A stretch of DNA of 64,000 bases, taken from the sequence record LC768500.1. One strand, written 5' to 3'. How positions within the stretch are numbered: the stretch's first letter is position 1; each line of letters opens with the position of its first letter. Positions 37,995 to 48,194 of the stretch are shown here, piece after piece. A program made the position numbers and the translations under genes. Under the pieces are notes generated by a model, which saw only the letters and a program-made list of their open reading frames with translations, searched no databases and was not told the origin of the DNA.

Positions 37995-38871
37995 TGGTTA
38001 ACCCCAGTTTTTTCACTAATCCGTCAGCGTAGTACAGGCTTTCCACATCAGAGAAATCTTCTCCTAAGCGAGCAGAGAGTTTATCGAGGAAACTCTCGTT
38101 GGTAATCCCGCTGCACAGCATCAAACAAATGATCTCTTTAATGTATTTTTTAGGCTCGTTTTCTTTCATCTCGTTGAGGCGGTCAAGATAATATTTATAA
38201 ATGACCAACCACCCGATTCCTAATTTGCCTGCGCTAACTACGTGTTCCCACGCCAACGTTCCGCGTAAGAATTCTTTATTGCCCCTGACTCGGTCGCTGA
38301 CGTATTGAGGGACTTCAACGTCAGCATCAGGGTTAATCAACGACGTCCTTAAAACTTCTAACAGATGTTCAGAGACGTCAGAGATAATCATTTCGTACAG
38401 GCTGGTGTTCTCCAGATCAAGGAGCTTTTCGATCACCACTATAAAACGATCTTTTGTTTCTAAGTCGGTCGCTTCCAAAATAACACTCAGGGACAGAAGG
38501 TCCTCGTAACCATCAAGAATATAGGCGACGTCGATAATATTAGTAAGCAAGGGAAGATGATCTATGGTGATCTGATCTTTATCAATCTCAACGCCAAGTT
38601 CTGTGATGATTTGAATACTATTAGCGATGAGGATATCCCTTATAGCGTTAGTCTGTTCAATGACAGTCATTCCTTCATCAATGAGTATTTCCAGGATTTG
38701 ACTTTGTACGGTTGTTTCTTCCTGACTAATCGCAATTAAATTATACGCTTTATCGAATGTATTGAAATTAAATTCGGTAATAGATTTAGCAAAGGCCAAC
38801 CAGGTTTCTCCTAACTCAGATGTCAGGATACTGGCTTCAGTGAGGTCTATTGCTCGTTTTTCAAAAATCAT
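37987..38871 (-). CDS. conserved hypothetical protein
   Basis: 294-aa ORF co-transcribed with vRNAP subunit. Confidence 0.7.
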   Translation of the reverse strand: MIFEKRAIDLTEASILTSELGETWLAFAKSITEFNFNTFDKAYNLIAISQEETTVQSQILEILIDEGMTVIEQTNAIRDILIANSIQIITELGVEIDKDQITIDHLPLLTNIIDVAYILDGYEDLLSLSVILEATDLETKDRFIVVIEKLLDLENTSLYEMIISDVSEHLLEVLRTSLINPDADVEVPQYVSDRVRGNKEFLRGTLAWEHVVSAGKLGIGWLVIYKYYLDRLNEMKENEPKKYIKEIICLMLCSGITNESFLDKLSARLGEDFSDVESLYYADGLVKKLGLTNE

Positions 38872-38914
38872 GGTTTAACCCCTGCTAAAGGTCGTGGGTA
38901 ATAGGAGACATAAA

Positions 38915-39622
38915 ATGCGTAGTAGCCAGCAGAAAGCCAAGGCTAGTCAAAAGAAAGCGATCAAAAATACTCACCGCAAGAAAAACTGCAGCGGAAAGAA
39001 GATCGTTTTAACTAAGAAACAGAAAGAAAGAAAAATGATTGAAACAGTCACTGCTATGGCGAAAGCCGGGGATGTCTCCAGCGTTCAATTACTGGCTGCC
39101 GCCAGCGCCAAAGATAAGAGCGTTAAATCGGGAGAGCTTAAGACCAAGCAGCTTATCGAGTTGGTGGATGAAAATATTCAACAACTCATTATTTCCCACG
39201 CCCTTGTGGAAGGTGTTGCTGAATGTTTACACGAAGGGCTTATCGAAGATCCTGATAACGCCATCTCTGATAAAGTCAAAGAATGCGACGAATTGACTGT
39301 GCGTTGGATGGAAGACGCTAATGCTGTTATTGCGCTCAGCCACACCGAACTCATTCCGGAAGATTACGTCGATATGGCCATTAGCTTTATGGCCAGCACT
39401 ATCGGTATCATGTCCGATAGCTACCCTCGACTCATCGAATTAACCGAAGACATGAAATCGGTCATTAATAAGAAAATGGCTGAGATCATCGATGCGGTGA
39501 AAGCCGACTATCCGGAATCTACTGAATTCGAACAGGTCTCCAAAATTCACCAGAAACGGATGATGGAAATCATGCCGCTTTACGGGACCCCAGCGCCTGT
39601 AGAAGAAACTGAAACCGTTTAA
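38915..39622 (+). CDS. hypothetical protein with very basic N-terminus
   Basis: ATG 38915 with AGGAG SD; K/R-rich first 40 aa. Confidence 0.7.
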   Translation: MRSSQQKAKASQKKAIKNTHRKKNCSGKKIVLTKKQKERKMIETVTAMAKAGDVSSVQLLAAASAKDKSVKSGELKTKQLIELVDENIQQLIISHALVEGVAECLHEGLIEDPDNAISDKVKECDELTVRWMEDANAVIALSHTELIPEDYVDMAISFMASTIGIMSDSYPRLIELTEDMKSVINKKMAEIIDAVKADYPESTEFEQVSKIHQKRMMEIMPLYGTPAPVEETETV

Positions 39623-39639
39623 TCATAGGACCGATATTT

Positions 39640-41256
39640 ATGTCTGAAGAAAACAACATTCCGGCCCAAGGGACGGCGCACGACAAGAACAACCACACGA
39701 TGAGTCAGTTCCAGGAACCCAAAGATCTCAAGTTGGGGGTGTTCGATCCAAAAGAAGATAATAATTTCATTAAGGTCTTCTTAGGCGTTGACTCAGAAGA
39801 GTACAAGAAACTCTCCGGCCTTATCTCAAGGTGGTTGGAGTACAACTTTACTCTGAACGAACCCAACGCCAAACCGGCCCAGATCAACGCGGTTAAAGAC
39901 AAATACTTCGGGTATCTCAAGGAACAGTACCCGAACAAAACAGAAGAAGAGGTTAACGAGCTGGCGCAGTCGTACTACAGCTTCGCAACCAACTTCACTG
40001 AAAATCTGTACCGCCGGAATGAAACCGTTAATGGGGCGAAAACGACTAACGTCTCTTTAAAAGCCCAGGGTATCGTCGAGGGAGACATCGTTGGCCGTGC
40101 GCCAGGGTTGGGTAAAAAGCTCCCTATGCGCGATATGATGCGCCGCCATTTCCGTCGCACCACTAACGAAGCAGAAAACTTCGACGTTCTCCTGCGTAAC
40201 TCATTTATTCAGTTACGTATTTCTCGCCCAACCATTCTGGAACTGGGGCGTCTGCTGGAAGACATTCAGCTCGAAGTGAAAAACTACGTTCGTCAGGTTA
40301 ACGGTAACTCATTGACTCTCGCTCGTGTTTCTATTGCGCGGGTTATTTGGAAATTCGTTTCTGATCGTATCGTATCCTGCTCCGTCAAAGATACCGACGA
40401 TTATTACGATCTCGCTAACAACATCCTTTGGAGTGACTTCGGCGCGCTCTGTATCTCGTTACTTTCCGCTTCGTCTTCTAAGGGTGTGAATCTTCAACTC
40501 GAGTGTCTCGCAAACAACTGCGACTGGGAAGAGTATCAAGTCGTAGATCCTTCTCTCTTGCTTCGTCCTATTCCTGAGAATCTTTCAGAAGAGCAGTCTA
40601 TCGCTCTGGGTAATATCGTTAACGGGGTTCAGCGTTATTCCCGTGAAGAGATTACTAAGCTTCAGAATAAGACCAAGTACGATTTCGATACCAAATTGAT
40701 GTTCGACGAAGGCCGGCAGTATTTCGAAATCGCTCCTCCAACGCTGTCTGTTGCGTTTGAAACCTTCGACATGTTCGTCGATAAAGTCATCCCTTCGATT
40801 CAGCAATTGCGCGCTAACACCATCAACGATCAGGAGTATGCCGTTGCTCTGGCTAACCTTATCCAGAGTATCGCCGGTAGCGAATACGCCCATTGGGTTA
40901 AATCCTACGTGATTAACCCGGAGAGCGGCACAGACGGCGCGCCTACTAAGTATGATCGTTTAGGCGAAGGTGGGTCTCGTGAGTTTAATGAAGGTCTCTT
41001 TGATATCCTCGATAGCGATGTTGAACTTTCCCAAGAACTCATCAAAAAGATCAACCGTATCGGTCCATCGATGACACTCACCATCATCGGGGTGCCGAAC
41101 TATCATTGCCCTCGTTGCGCGAAATCAAGTTCTGAAAGCGGTATCACTTATAAAGGTATCACCCCTATTGACCCGCTTATGGCTTTTTTTACCCTAACCC
41201 AGTTGATGTTTATGGATCGGGTGGTGAATCTAAGCGGTCTCGACGCAACCCCTTAG
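39640..41256 (+). CDS. conserved protein with Cys pairs, possibly T4 gp26-like baseplate-hub assembly factor
   Basis: CLANNC and CPRC, C-terminal ..AFF; function is inference only. Confidence 0.45.
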   Translation: MSEENNIPAQGTAHDKNNHTMSQFQEPKDLKLGVFDPKEDNNFIKVFLGVDSEEYKKLSGLISRWLEYNFTLNEPNAKPAQINAVKDKYFGYLKEQYPNKTEEEVNELAQSYYSFATNFTENLYRRNETVNGAKTTNVSLKAQGIVEGDIVGRAPGLGKKLPMRDMMRRHFRRTTNEAENFDVLLRNSFIQLRISRPTILELGRLLEDIQLEVKNYVRQVNGNSLTLARVSIARVIWKFVSDRIVSCSVKDTDDYYDLANNILWSDFGALCISLLSASSSKGVNLQLECLANNCDWEEYQVVDPSLLLRPIPENLSEEQSIALGNIVNGVQRYSREEITKLQNKTKYDFDTKLMFDEGRQYFEIAPPTLSVAFETFDMFVDKVIPSIQQLRANTINDQEYAVALANLIQSIAGSEYAHWVKSYVINPESGTDGAPTKYDRLGEGGSREFNEGLFDILDSDVELSQELIKKINRIGPSMTLTIIGVPNYHCPRCAKSSSESGITYKGITPIDPLMAFFTLTQLMFMDRVVNLSGLDATP

Positions 41257-41303
41257 AGCTAACTACCTTTACTAACTCGCCTGATTATCTGCAGGCGAGT
41301 AAA

Positions 41304-41693
41304 ATGTTCTTAGGGAAGTCTATTAAAACGATCACCCGCACAGAACTCAACGTCATCGATAGCAAATTAAATCGTATCGGCATGGGGTATGTGGGGCTGA
41401 GTAAAATGACTCCCTTCGATCCTATCAGTTGGGTAGAGGAAGAGCATGAGTATACTCACCCGTTCAGTCTTCAACGTCGCTTTTACGACTACGGTTATTT
41501 CCGCCTAAAAGAAATCTTTACGTTAAACGAATACTTAAACATGGAAGCTTACCTTTTGGATAAGGCGATGAAGTACATTCGTTTAGGGGCCGATTCCAGA
41601 TTAAAAGATGAAATCAGGCTCAATAAAGATAAAGCTGAGCCGGAAGCCAGTGAGGTCGAAAAAGTCATGAAAAACCTATTAGGTAAAGGATAG
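41304..41693 (+). CDS. hypothetical protein, possibly gp51-like chaperone partner
   Basis: Small ORF following the gp26-like gene; LNEYLNM motif. Confidence 0.45.
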   Translation: MFLGKSIKTITRTELNVIDSKLNRIGMGYVGLSKMTPFDPISWVEEEHEYTHPFSLQRRFYDYGYFRLKEIFTLNEYLNMEAYLLDKAMKYIRLGADSRLKDEIRLNKDKAEPEASEVEKVMKNLLGKG

Positions 41694-41698
41694 CGATT

Positions 41699-42280
41699 AT
41701 GTCTTATTCCAAACCTTCAAGTACTTCTATCACGCCAACCAATAAGGTGATCGAAGAAACCGAAGAAGCCGTTCAGCAACAAATCACCTTAGAAAAAGAA
41801 AATGTTCCTACCGTCGTCCTTGCCAGTGAGATGGTGGGTTCTAAAAGTAACGCAGTGACTGACGTTTTCGTAGAGGCCCTGACGCGCTATAAAAACGTAT
41901 TAGCCGGTAACCTTGTTCTTAACAAATCCCAGCTCAAAGAAGAGCAGGCTGCGTTTATGAACACAGTGAGTAACACGATGAATCTTGAGTTTAAAGATTA
42001 CGTGTTAACCACCGATGCGTTGGTTCTTTTAATGCGTGATAACAAAGAAGCCTTCAACGAAAAGCGTCTGTACGAACTGTTTTATTATGTTCAAGGCGAC
42101 TATTCTAAGAAGGCGGCTGAACGTTACATGCGTTACATGTCGGCTCTGTACACCCTGTCTCAAAACCTCCGTAATCGTTCTCGAATCGGTAAGATGGTGG
42201 ATATTGTTAGCCTATCTTCTGGCTATACAACTAAAGCCGCTACAAATATTCAGAATTACTTTAACCGTAATTACGGGTAA
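41699..42280 (+). CDS. hypothetical protein
   Basis: 193-aa ORF, SD AAGGA. Confidence 0.75.
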   Translation: MSYSKPSSTSITPTNKVIEETEEAVQQQITLEKENVPTVVLASEMVGSKSNAVTDVFVEALTRYKNVLAGNLVLNKSQLKEEQAAFMNTVSNTMNLEFKDYVLTTDALVLLMRDNKEAFNEKRLYELFYYVQGDYSKKAAERYMRYMSALYTLSQNLRNRSRIGKMVDIVSLSSGYTTKAATNIQNYFNRNYG

Positions 42281-42283
42281 CGC

Positions 42284-42317
42284 ATTATCCTCCAGTCCAA
42301 TCGGGCTGGAGGATAAT
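42284..42317. terminator. long hairpin
   Basis: 15-bp stem ATTATCCTCCAGTCC/GGGCTGGAGGATAAT. Confidence 0.7.
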
Positions 42318-42340
42318 ATGGATTAATTAAAGGACATCGT

Positions 42341-43117
42341 ATGAATACTGAACACATTGAACTCGTCTTCGACGGGTTGTATGACCGCGTTAGCGGAAAT
42401 GAAACGTACGCTTCGCGTTATTTGGACGGCGTGATCTGGGCCAATGAACCCAGTAATATGTTTGTTTCTGGTAACGAAGGGTTTCTCGACAACGTCTCTG
42501 ACGCTATTAAGAAGGCTTGGGAATATATCAAGAAATTCCTTGCTTCCATTAAGGAAAAACTTTCTTCCTTTTTTAAGAGTAAACGAATCGAAGAATCCGC
42601 TAAGAAAGTTGACGAAGCTTTGAAAAGCAACGACTTCGAAACATCTCCGGAAGTCAAAGAAAAAATCGACAAAACATCTAAGAAAATAAAACAGATTATC
42701 AGCGTTTTAAATTCTGTATCTGAAGATGTTGATACGATGAAAAGTTACGTCAAGACGGATGATTTACTTTCTAAACTTATTCATCCTTATGTTGACGTGC
42801 TGGTTTCAGAGAAAGATCGTTTAGCTAAATCTCTTGAGATTATCGACGAAAAACTTAAAGATAAAGTAACGAAAGAACTGTTGATGAAATGTCGCAGCGC
42901 ACTTGATGGAATGAAGGGGTTCTCTTCCAAATACGTCATCGCTACTAATGCTTTAGATTTCATCATTTCAAATGTCGAGAAAGCTCCTGAAGCGAATAAA
43001 GAACTCACGGCAGCAAGAATCAAGGCTATTAAATGGACTCTTAGAGGATTGGATATTCTAGGAGAACAGATTGTTGTTGCTGCCAAGTTGATAGAACAAA
43101 TTCCAAAAATAAAATAA
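42341..43117 (+). CDS. putative head/internal protein with protease-cleaved leader (paralog of 9132..9632)
   Basis: Two SGNE motifs, then amphipathic helix IKKAWEYIKKFL. Confidence 0.75.
   Translation: MNTEHIELVFDGLYDRVSGNETYASRYLDGVIWANEPSNMFVSGNEGFLDNVSDAIKKAWEYIKKFLASIKEKLSSFFKSKRIEESAKKVDEALKSNDFETSPEVKEKIDKTSKKIKQIISVLNSVSEDVDTMKSYVKTDDLLSKLIHPYVDVLVSEKDRLAKSLEIIDEKLKDKVTKELLMKCRSALDGMKGFSSKYVIATNALDFIISNVEKAPEANKELTAARIKAIKWTLRGLDILGEQIVVAAKLIEQIPKIK
42353..42408 (+). repeat. 56-nt exact repeat, copy 2
   Basis: Reverse complement of 9565..9620. Confidence 0.95.
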
Positions 43118-43125
43118 CCCACGAC

Positions 43126-43163
43126 ATTACTACTCCTACCGCTAAGGCGGTAGGAGTAGTAAT
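43126..43163. terminator. bidirectional hairpin, CTCCTAC family
   Basis: 17-bp perfect stem between convergent genes. Confidence 0.85.
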
Positions 43164-44884
43164 TATGCTGCAAGTTTTTCGTATACTTGTTCTATTTCAG
43201 TAATGGTTGGGAATCTATGAAGTGTAGTGCAGAGACTCAACGCATTTGCTTTAGGGCTGCTGGCGTAGTTGACTCCGACTTCCCTGAATTGGAATCTGTT
43301 CAATCCTTCAATTTTACACGCTTCCATACGTGTTGTTTTATTTGATACGTTCAGCGCCACTGTAGCTGTAGGATACGCCCCTCTAACGTCGATATCATCA
43401 GTCAAACCACGACCACGACTTCTGATACCCGGCATGCCGATAAAGAGCGCTTTACCCATGTCCTCATTCTTTTCAGTCTCCAACAACGCAATCCAATCTT
43501 TAAGATCTGGTTTAAGATCATCAAGTTCATCTTTGCTTGTCGTTCCGCGAGTACCCCAAACGTAACCGTTATCTTTAGCAACAAAAGACAGTTCATCGGA
43601 AATACATTTCGGCTGACTAGGGTAGTTAAAGAATTCAGACGATTTCAAAAGCATAGGTAGCGAGAGACTTAAGTCGTCCGTCTTTTCGTTAAGTTCTTCT
43701 ATCGTGATGTTATCTTTGATGTTGTATATGCAATATTCAAAGATATGATTCTTTTGCATGTAACGGTGCCAGTCGGGAGAACCTGCTGGTAAGTGACTAC
43801 CCGATTCGGTATAGAGTTTACCTTCTATCCCATTATCTTGAGCAGTGAATTCCAATCCGTAAGAATCCTTCTTACCCTGAGGAGCGCGTTTAATCGCATA
43901 GAAGGATGCGGCGTCCAACCATTGCCACGATGACATAGCCTGAACAGTAGGGAAGCTTTCTTGCCACTCCAAAGGCTGTTTATCGCCATTCTCCTTGACC
44001 TTATGAGTTCTCCCTTTATTAAACCAATAATTTTGGAATTCTTCAGGAACATTTGGGTCGCTATAAACCGCAGCCGGATCAATGTTGTAAGCGAGTAACG
44101 CTTCCTCGTTCTTCTCCATATCGAACTTGGCGTTCCAAGACGCTATCCAATCTGGATGCCAGTCATGCCAACGTGCGACGTTACTTTCCACTACTTGAGC
44201 TTGGTTGTCGAAGAGCTCCCAAATCACAGTCGCGTTACGTCGTTTTAAAACATCTCCTAATAATCGCTCAGCTTCAGATTCTAAAGTCTCGATAATCTTC
44301 TTATCAGACATTCCATTAAAAATCCAACGAACTGCTGAGAAGTAAATCTTTTCTTTAAACGTGGTCGACGCCATAATGATAGAGTCATCATTATTGTTGA
44401 TCATGTTTGTTTCTACGTCATATGCCGCCGTAGTGTAAGATTCAGTTTCTTGGTATTTCGCCTGTGTTCTAAAATAGTAGTTCTTTATGAGCACCGGAGT
44501 GGTTTGCTCACAACCGTAGACATATGGAGAGTTCTTCATAGTCAGCAGGTCGGCTTTTTTATCAGGTACCCCGTAGAGGATTCGGCTGATATTCATCGCC
44601 ATACGAGCACGTGTGCTTTTAAAACTATCGCATAATCGTTTGTCGATGTAGTCTTTCTTATCTTTAAACTTACGGAATTTTTCTTTCGTGATATAAAAGT
44701 CGACAACGAGATCAGGAATACCTATCAGCGAGTCAGATCGAGATCCGTCTTCATGGACATTGGTTATTTTAACCAGGTTATAGTCTTTTAATTTGTCGTA
44801 CCGCGATGTGCTGTAAGCAACTTTTTTACATACTTTTCCAATGATAGGAGAATCATTTTTTTCTCCTGATCCTAGTGTAATCAT
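43163..44884 (-). CDS. B-family DNA polymerase, N-terminal part with 3'-5' exonuclease and motif A (phiKZ gp82-like)
   Basis: YDVET, WNAKFD, YNIKD exonuclease motifs; DIDVRGAYP motif A. Confidence 0.87.
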   Translation of the reverse strand: MITLGSGEKNDSPIIGKVCKKVAYSTSRYDKLKDYNLVKITNVHEDGSRSDSLIGIPDLVVDFYITKEKFRKFKDKKDYIDKRLCDSFKSTRARMAMNISRILYGVPDKKADLLTMKNSPYVYGCEQTTPVLIKNYYFRTQAKYQETESYTTAAYDVETNMINNNDDSIIMASTTFKEKIYFSAVRWIFNGMSDKKIIETLESEAERLLGDVLKRRNATVIWELFDNQAQVVESNVARWHDWHPDWIASWNAKFDMEKNEEALLAYNIDPAAVYSDPNVPEEFQNYWFNKGRTHKVKENGDKQPLEWQESFPTVQAMSSWQWLDAASFYAIKRAPQGKKDSYGLEFTAQDNGIEGKLYTESGSHLPAGSPDWHRYMQKNHIFEYCIYNIKDNITIEELNEKTDDLSLSLPMLLKSSEFFNYPSQPKCISDELSFVAKDNGYVWGTRGTTSKDELDDLKPDLKDWIALLETEKNEDMGKALFIGMPGIRSRGRGLTDDIDVRGAYPTATVALNVSNKTTRMEACKIEGLNRFQFREVGVNYASSPKANALSLCTTLHRFPTITEIEQVYEKLAA

Positions 44885-44962
44885 GGGCTCACCACATTTT
44901 ATGAATGTTGAAGTTCTCTAAACAATTACGCTTATAGTTATTTTTAACAGAGGCTCTATTAA

Positions 44963-46288
44963 ATGATTGACATCAGTTTTCTTCGTCCCGCTAAGGTGGG
45001 TGGGATGGAGTTTATGGATTTCCAATACACCAATTTCTTCGACGAACTCAGCAGGGCCTTTGATGACGTAATTGTCGAGGGTGAATTAAAGGAAATTCCT
45101 GATGAGGTTCTTGGGCTTGTGCGCAAGTATACCGGATTTAGCAATATCGAGATCCACTTGGTCGATGCGGGCAATCTCGCTATTGAAGTCGGATATTTAA
45201 ATCCAAATAACGTGTTCAATATTCAGGATATTGAAAAATATCTTCCTCGGTCTGAGTCTACTTTGTACCGTTGGTTTACCGGAAATAAACAAACGTTCTT
45301 TAAAGGTACAATAGATTATCAAACAGGATCTGTTGGCGGGACTTACGCCGAACTACCTTTCCGCTTATTTGTTAACTCTCGCCTTAACTCGTTTTTATCT
45401 AAATCCTTCCTGGACAAGCATAATGTCAGTTACGGTCAGGCATTAGCCGCGGTATTCATTCATGAGTTAGGTCACGCGTTTGGTGCGGTCATGATGATAC
45501 ACCAATCCGTTTACGACGCCATCACCGTGAGAACAGCGGTAGATTTCTTTACTCGGGCTAAAACCCCTAAAGATCGTGTTACCGTAATAAAGGATGCTTA
45601 CCGTTTACTCGACCCGGATACTAAATCCGATCAGAAAATCGAAAGCGAAATCGCGAACAGCGAAGACAGTAACGAATTTGTTGTTTTTCTGACCAAGGTG
45701 GCGTCGCAGCGTAATCTCAAACGCAGTTTAAGCTTGGGCGTTACTAAGATGAACTCCGAGGTTGTTGCCGACGCTTATTCGGTTAGAATGGGGTGTGGGC
45801 GATCTCTTGCTGTGGGGATAGGTTCAATGACTAGGTCCCTTCATATGAGTCAGGTCGTGTTTACTTTAATGCTATCTCTTATGAGTGCGTTAAACGGCGC
45901 GACGACCTCTCTTATTTTCGGCGGGATAGCGGGTGCCGTAGTCCTGGCAGTCTTCTCCTTGCTTTTCTACATGGGGAACAATACGCCAGGCGGCTATAAC
46001 TCAGAATACCGCAGAATGACCGACATTCTTACCCAGATGATCGGTAAGCTGAAAGACAATAAATTTATCTCGGCGCAAGATAAACAAAGGTACTTGGGTC
46101 AGATTATCAAAACCCAGAAACTCATCGATGATAACAAACCTTTTATTGAAGGTTCGGCTTTCCAATCGATGTGGATGTGGTTGAACAATGGATCTGATGC
46201 TAAGTTAATCAATATCGAGCATTACACTTCGCTTATTGCTAACAGCAAAACGAATGTATTGTCAGAACAATTTAATTCCCTTTCCTAG
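44963..46288 (+). CDS. virion head protein with HExxH motif and hydrophobic segment (phiKZ gp84-like by synteny)
   Basis: FIHELGHAF, EVVADAYS, hydrophobic stretch; GGME candidate cleavage site. Confidence 0.65.
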   Translation: MIDISFLRPAKVGGMEFMDFQYTNFFDELSRAFDDVIVEGELKEIPDEVLGLVRKYTGFSNIEIHLVDAGNLAIEVGYLNPNNVFNIQDIEKYLPRSESTLYRWFTGNKQTFFKGTIDYQTGSVGGTYAELPFRLFVNSRLNSFLSKSFLDKHNVSYGQALAAVFIHELGHAFGAVMMIHQSVYDAITVRTAVDFFTRAKTPKDRVTVIKDAYRLLDPDTKSDQKIESEIANSEDSNEFVVFLTKVASQRNLKRSLSLGVTKMNSEVVADAYSVRMGCGRSLAVGIGSMTRSLHMSQVVFTLMLSLMSALNGATTSLIFGGIAGAVVLAVFSLLFYMGNNTPGGYNSEYRRMTDILTQMIGKLKDNKFISAQDKQRYLGQIIKTQKLIDDNKPFIEGSAFQSMWMWLNNGSDAKLINIEHYTSLIANSKTNVLSEQFNSLS

Positions 46289-46297
46289 AGGTATGAC

Positions 46298-46696
46298 ATG
46301 TCACATTTAGCCCACACCATCACCCTGAAGAGCAAACTCTTAGAGTTGGGGGTTACCGACCCTGCGGATCAAAAACGTATTGTTGAGAACGCTTATGTTC
46401 GTGCGCTGGTAAAATACCTGTTTACCTACAAATATGTTTTCTCCGGATACACCGAAGAAGTCGAATCCAATATTTACCGCCGTCTGGCCAAGTGGAATGA
46501 GATCTCGCCTATTAACGGCCCTTTCATTGTCGAGAAACTCAAAGCGATCGTTCGCAATCTGAAAAACGAAGCGCTGGCTGGCGGTCAGTTCACCCCAATT
46601 AAAAATGCGAACGAAACTTTCGATGAACTGAGTTCGGAAGAGTTTATCAAATTGATGGACTGGTTGTTCGGAGAGATGGTGACCGGTAATGACTGA
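46298..46696 (+). CDS. virion protein (phiKZ gp85-like by synteny)
   Basis: 132-aa ORF in head operon. Confidence 0.6.
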   Translation: MSHLAHTITLKSKLLELGVTDPADQKRIVENAYVRALVKYLFTYKYVFSGYTEEVESNIYRRLAKWNEISPINGPFIVEKLKAIVRNLKNEALAGGQFTPIKNANETFDELSSEEFIKLMDWLFGEMVTGND

Positions 46697-48194
46697 TAAA
46701 AAAGATCCTGTTGTTACCACCTATCCTTTAATTGGAGAAGGTGGTAAAGTGGTCCCGGGAGACCAAGAAGAACAATTGATCGATCTCGACGCCGCCTACA
46801 AGAAGACAGGTGAAACGAAAACCAATGAGCTTGTAGAAGGCCTGGAGCGTTACATCAACCAAAAAATTCTCGGTAAACGGGAAATGGAATTAGCTGGAGT
46901 TAAAGGAGGGGAGAATTTCGATCCCCTCCCATCCAGACGTAATGCCGTGTTGGGAGGAGAATCTTTCCTCACCGCTGTAAAAGACGGTTTTTTGAAGATC
47001 ATTGATTTCATTATCAAGTTTATCAAAGGCGCCGTTAACTGGGTTATCGAACGCATTAAAGTCTTACTGGGCTTTAGTAAGACAAAGGCCGAGATTAAAG
47101 CCTGCGAAGACGCCAGATCTGATATGGAGAAAGAGGTCAAATCCACCCTGTCTGGATTCGGAATCAACCCTTCTTTCTACAGCCTGGATCAGCTGGTTGA
47201 ATCAGCGCCTCGTGGTATCGATCGGGTCGAAATGATTAAATACCTTTCAGCCAAATCTAAAAACGAAACCGAGATGGCGAAAGCACTCACTGGCGTTATT
47301 CCTGACCTGACAACACTGACCCGTAAGTTAAGAGATTCTTCCGATAGCTTGACTAAACGGTACAAGCGATTCAAAGTTGTTCTGGAAGACACCCGTAAGA
47401 AATTGGCCGCTAATAGAGTTGGAGATGCTGACGCTTACGAGCTGTCTAAAGCCATCAAAGACGTCATGGTCATTTCCGAAGACTATGGAGATGTGGTCGC
47501 TTCTTTGTCTGCGGTTGTATCTAAACTGTATGGGGTTAATCTCGATGACTCTAAAATCCTTAAAGAGGGATTTGGGGTTTTACGAGAAAATATTGCCCGA
47601 AATCGTGCGGTTGCAACCAGTAAGCTCAATCCGGAAAAACTGACTGGTCTTTACGCGGAAATCGGAACGTTAAATAACCGGATTATTTCTGAATCGGGTA
47701 ATACGTTCGATTTATCTCACGTCGACACTAAAGTTCTAAAAGAAGTGGTCTCTTTGGATGACGCCAGTTTCATCAATAATTTATCTGATGTGGTCGGTAA
47801 TCGTCAACTCATTGCAGACTATCAGGCTATGGCTGTTTCCGTCAGGGACTTTACTGCGATTCTGGAATCGTCTTCTGCTATTTGTGCTGATATCTCCCGT
47901 GAAATCGCTAATTTCACTAAGTGGAAAAACAACGTAGATATGTATCTCGCCGTAGCGGTTACGGAAGATCTTAAACTGATCGCTTCTACACTGATCGCTT
48001 CTGCGGGAGCCGGGGAATATGATCTCGACAAGTTAGGTAAGAGCAAACCTGTTGTTCTACCTGAACCCGGCCTGGTCAAGAAGACCGGTTTGATCACCCA
48101 GGAAATTCTCGACGCCGATCTCCATGGTGTTACTACCGCTGTTAACAATTTTGCGAAAACTGCGGGACTCAACGTGAGGGTTAAACCACGATGA
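46689..48194 (+). CDS. head/ejection protein (phiKZ gp86-like by synteny)
   Basis: LGGE-SFL site plus amphipathic helix FLKIIDFIIKFIK. Confidence 0.65.
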   Translation: MTDKKDPVVTTYPLIGEGGKVVPGDQEEQLIDLDAAYKKTGETKTNELVEGLERYINQKILGKREMELAGVKGGENFDPLPSRRNAVLGGESFLTAVKDGFLKIIDFIIKFIKGAVNWVIERIKVLLGFSKTKAEIKACEDARSDMEKEVKSTLSGFGINPSFYSLDQLVESAPRGIDRVEMIKYLSAKSKNETEMAKALTGVIPDLTTLTRKLRDSSDSLTKRYKRFKVVLEDTRKKLAANRVGDADAYELSKAIKDVMVISEDYGDVVASLSAVVSKLYGVNLDDSKILKEGFGVLRENIARNRAVATSKLNPEKLTGLYAEIGTLNNRIISESGNTFDLSHVDTKVLKEVVSLDDASFINNLSDVVGNRQLIADYQAMAVSVRDFTAILESSSAICADISREIANFTKWKNNVDMYLAVAVTEDLKLIASTLIASAGAGEYDLDKLGKSKPVVLPEPGLVKKTGLITQEILDADLHGVTTAVNNFAKTAGLNVRVKPR

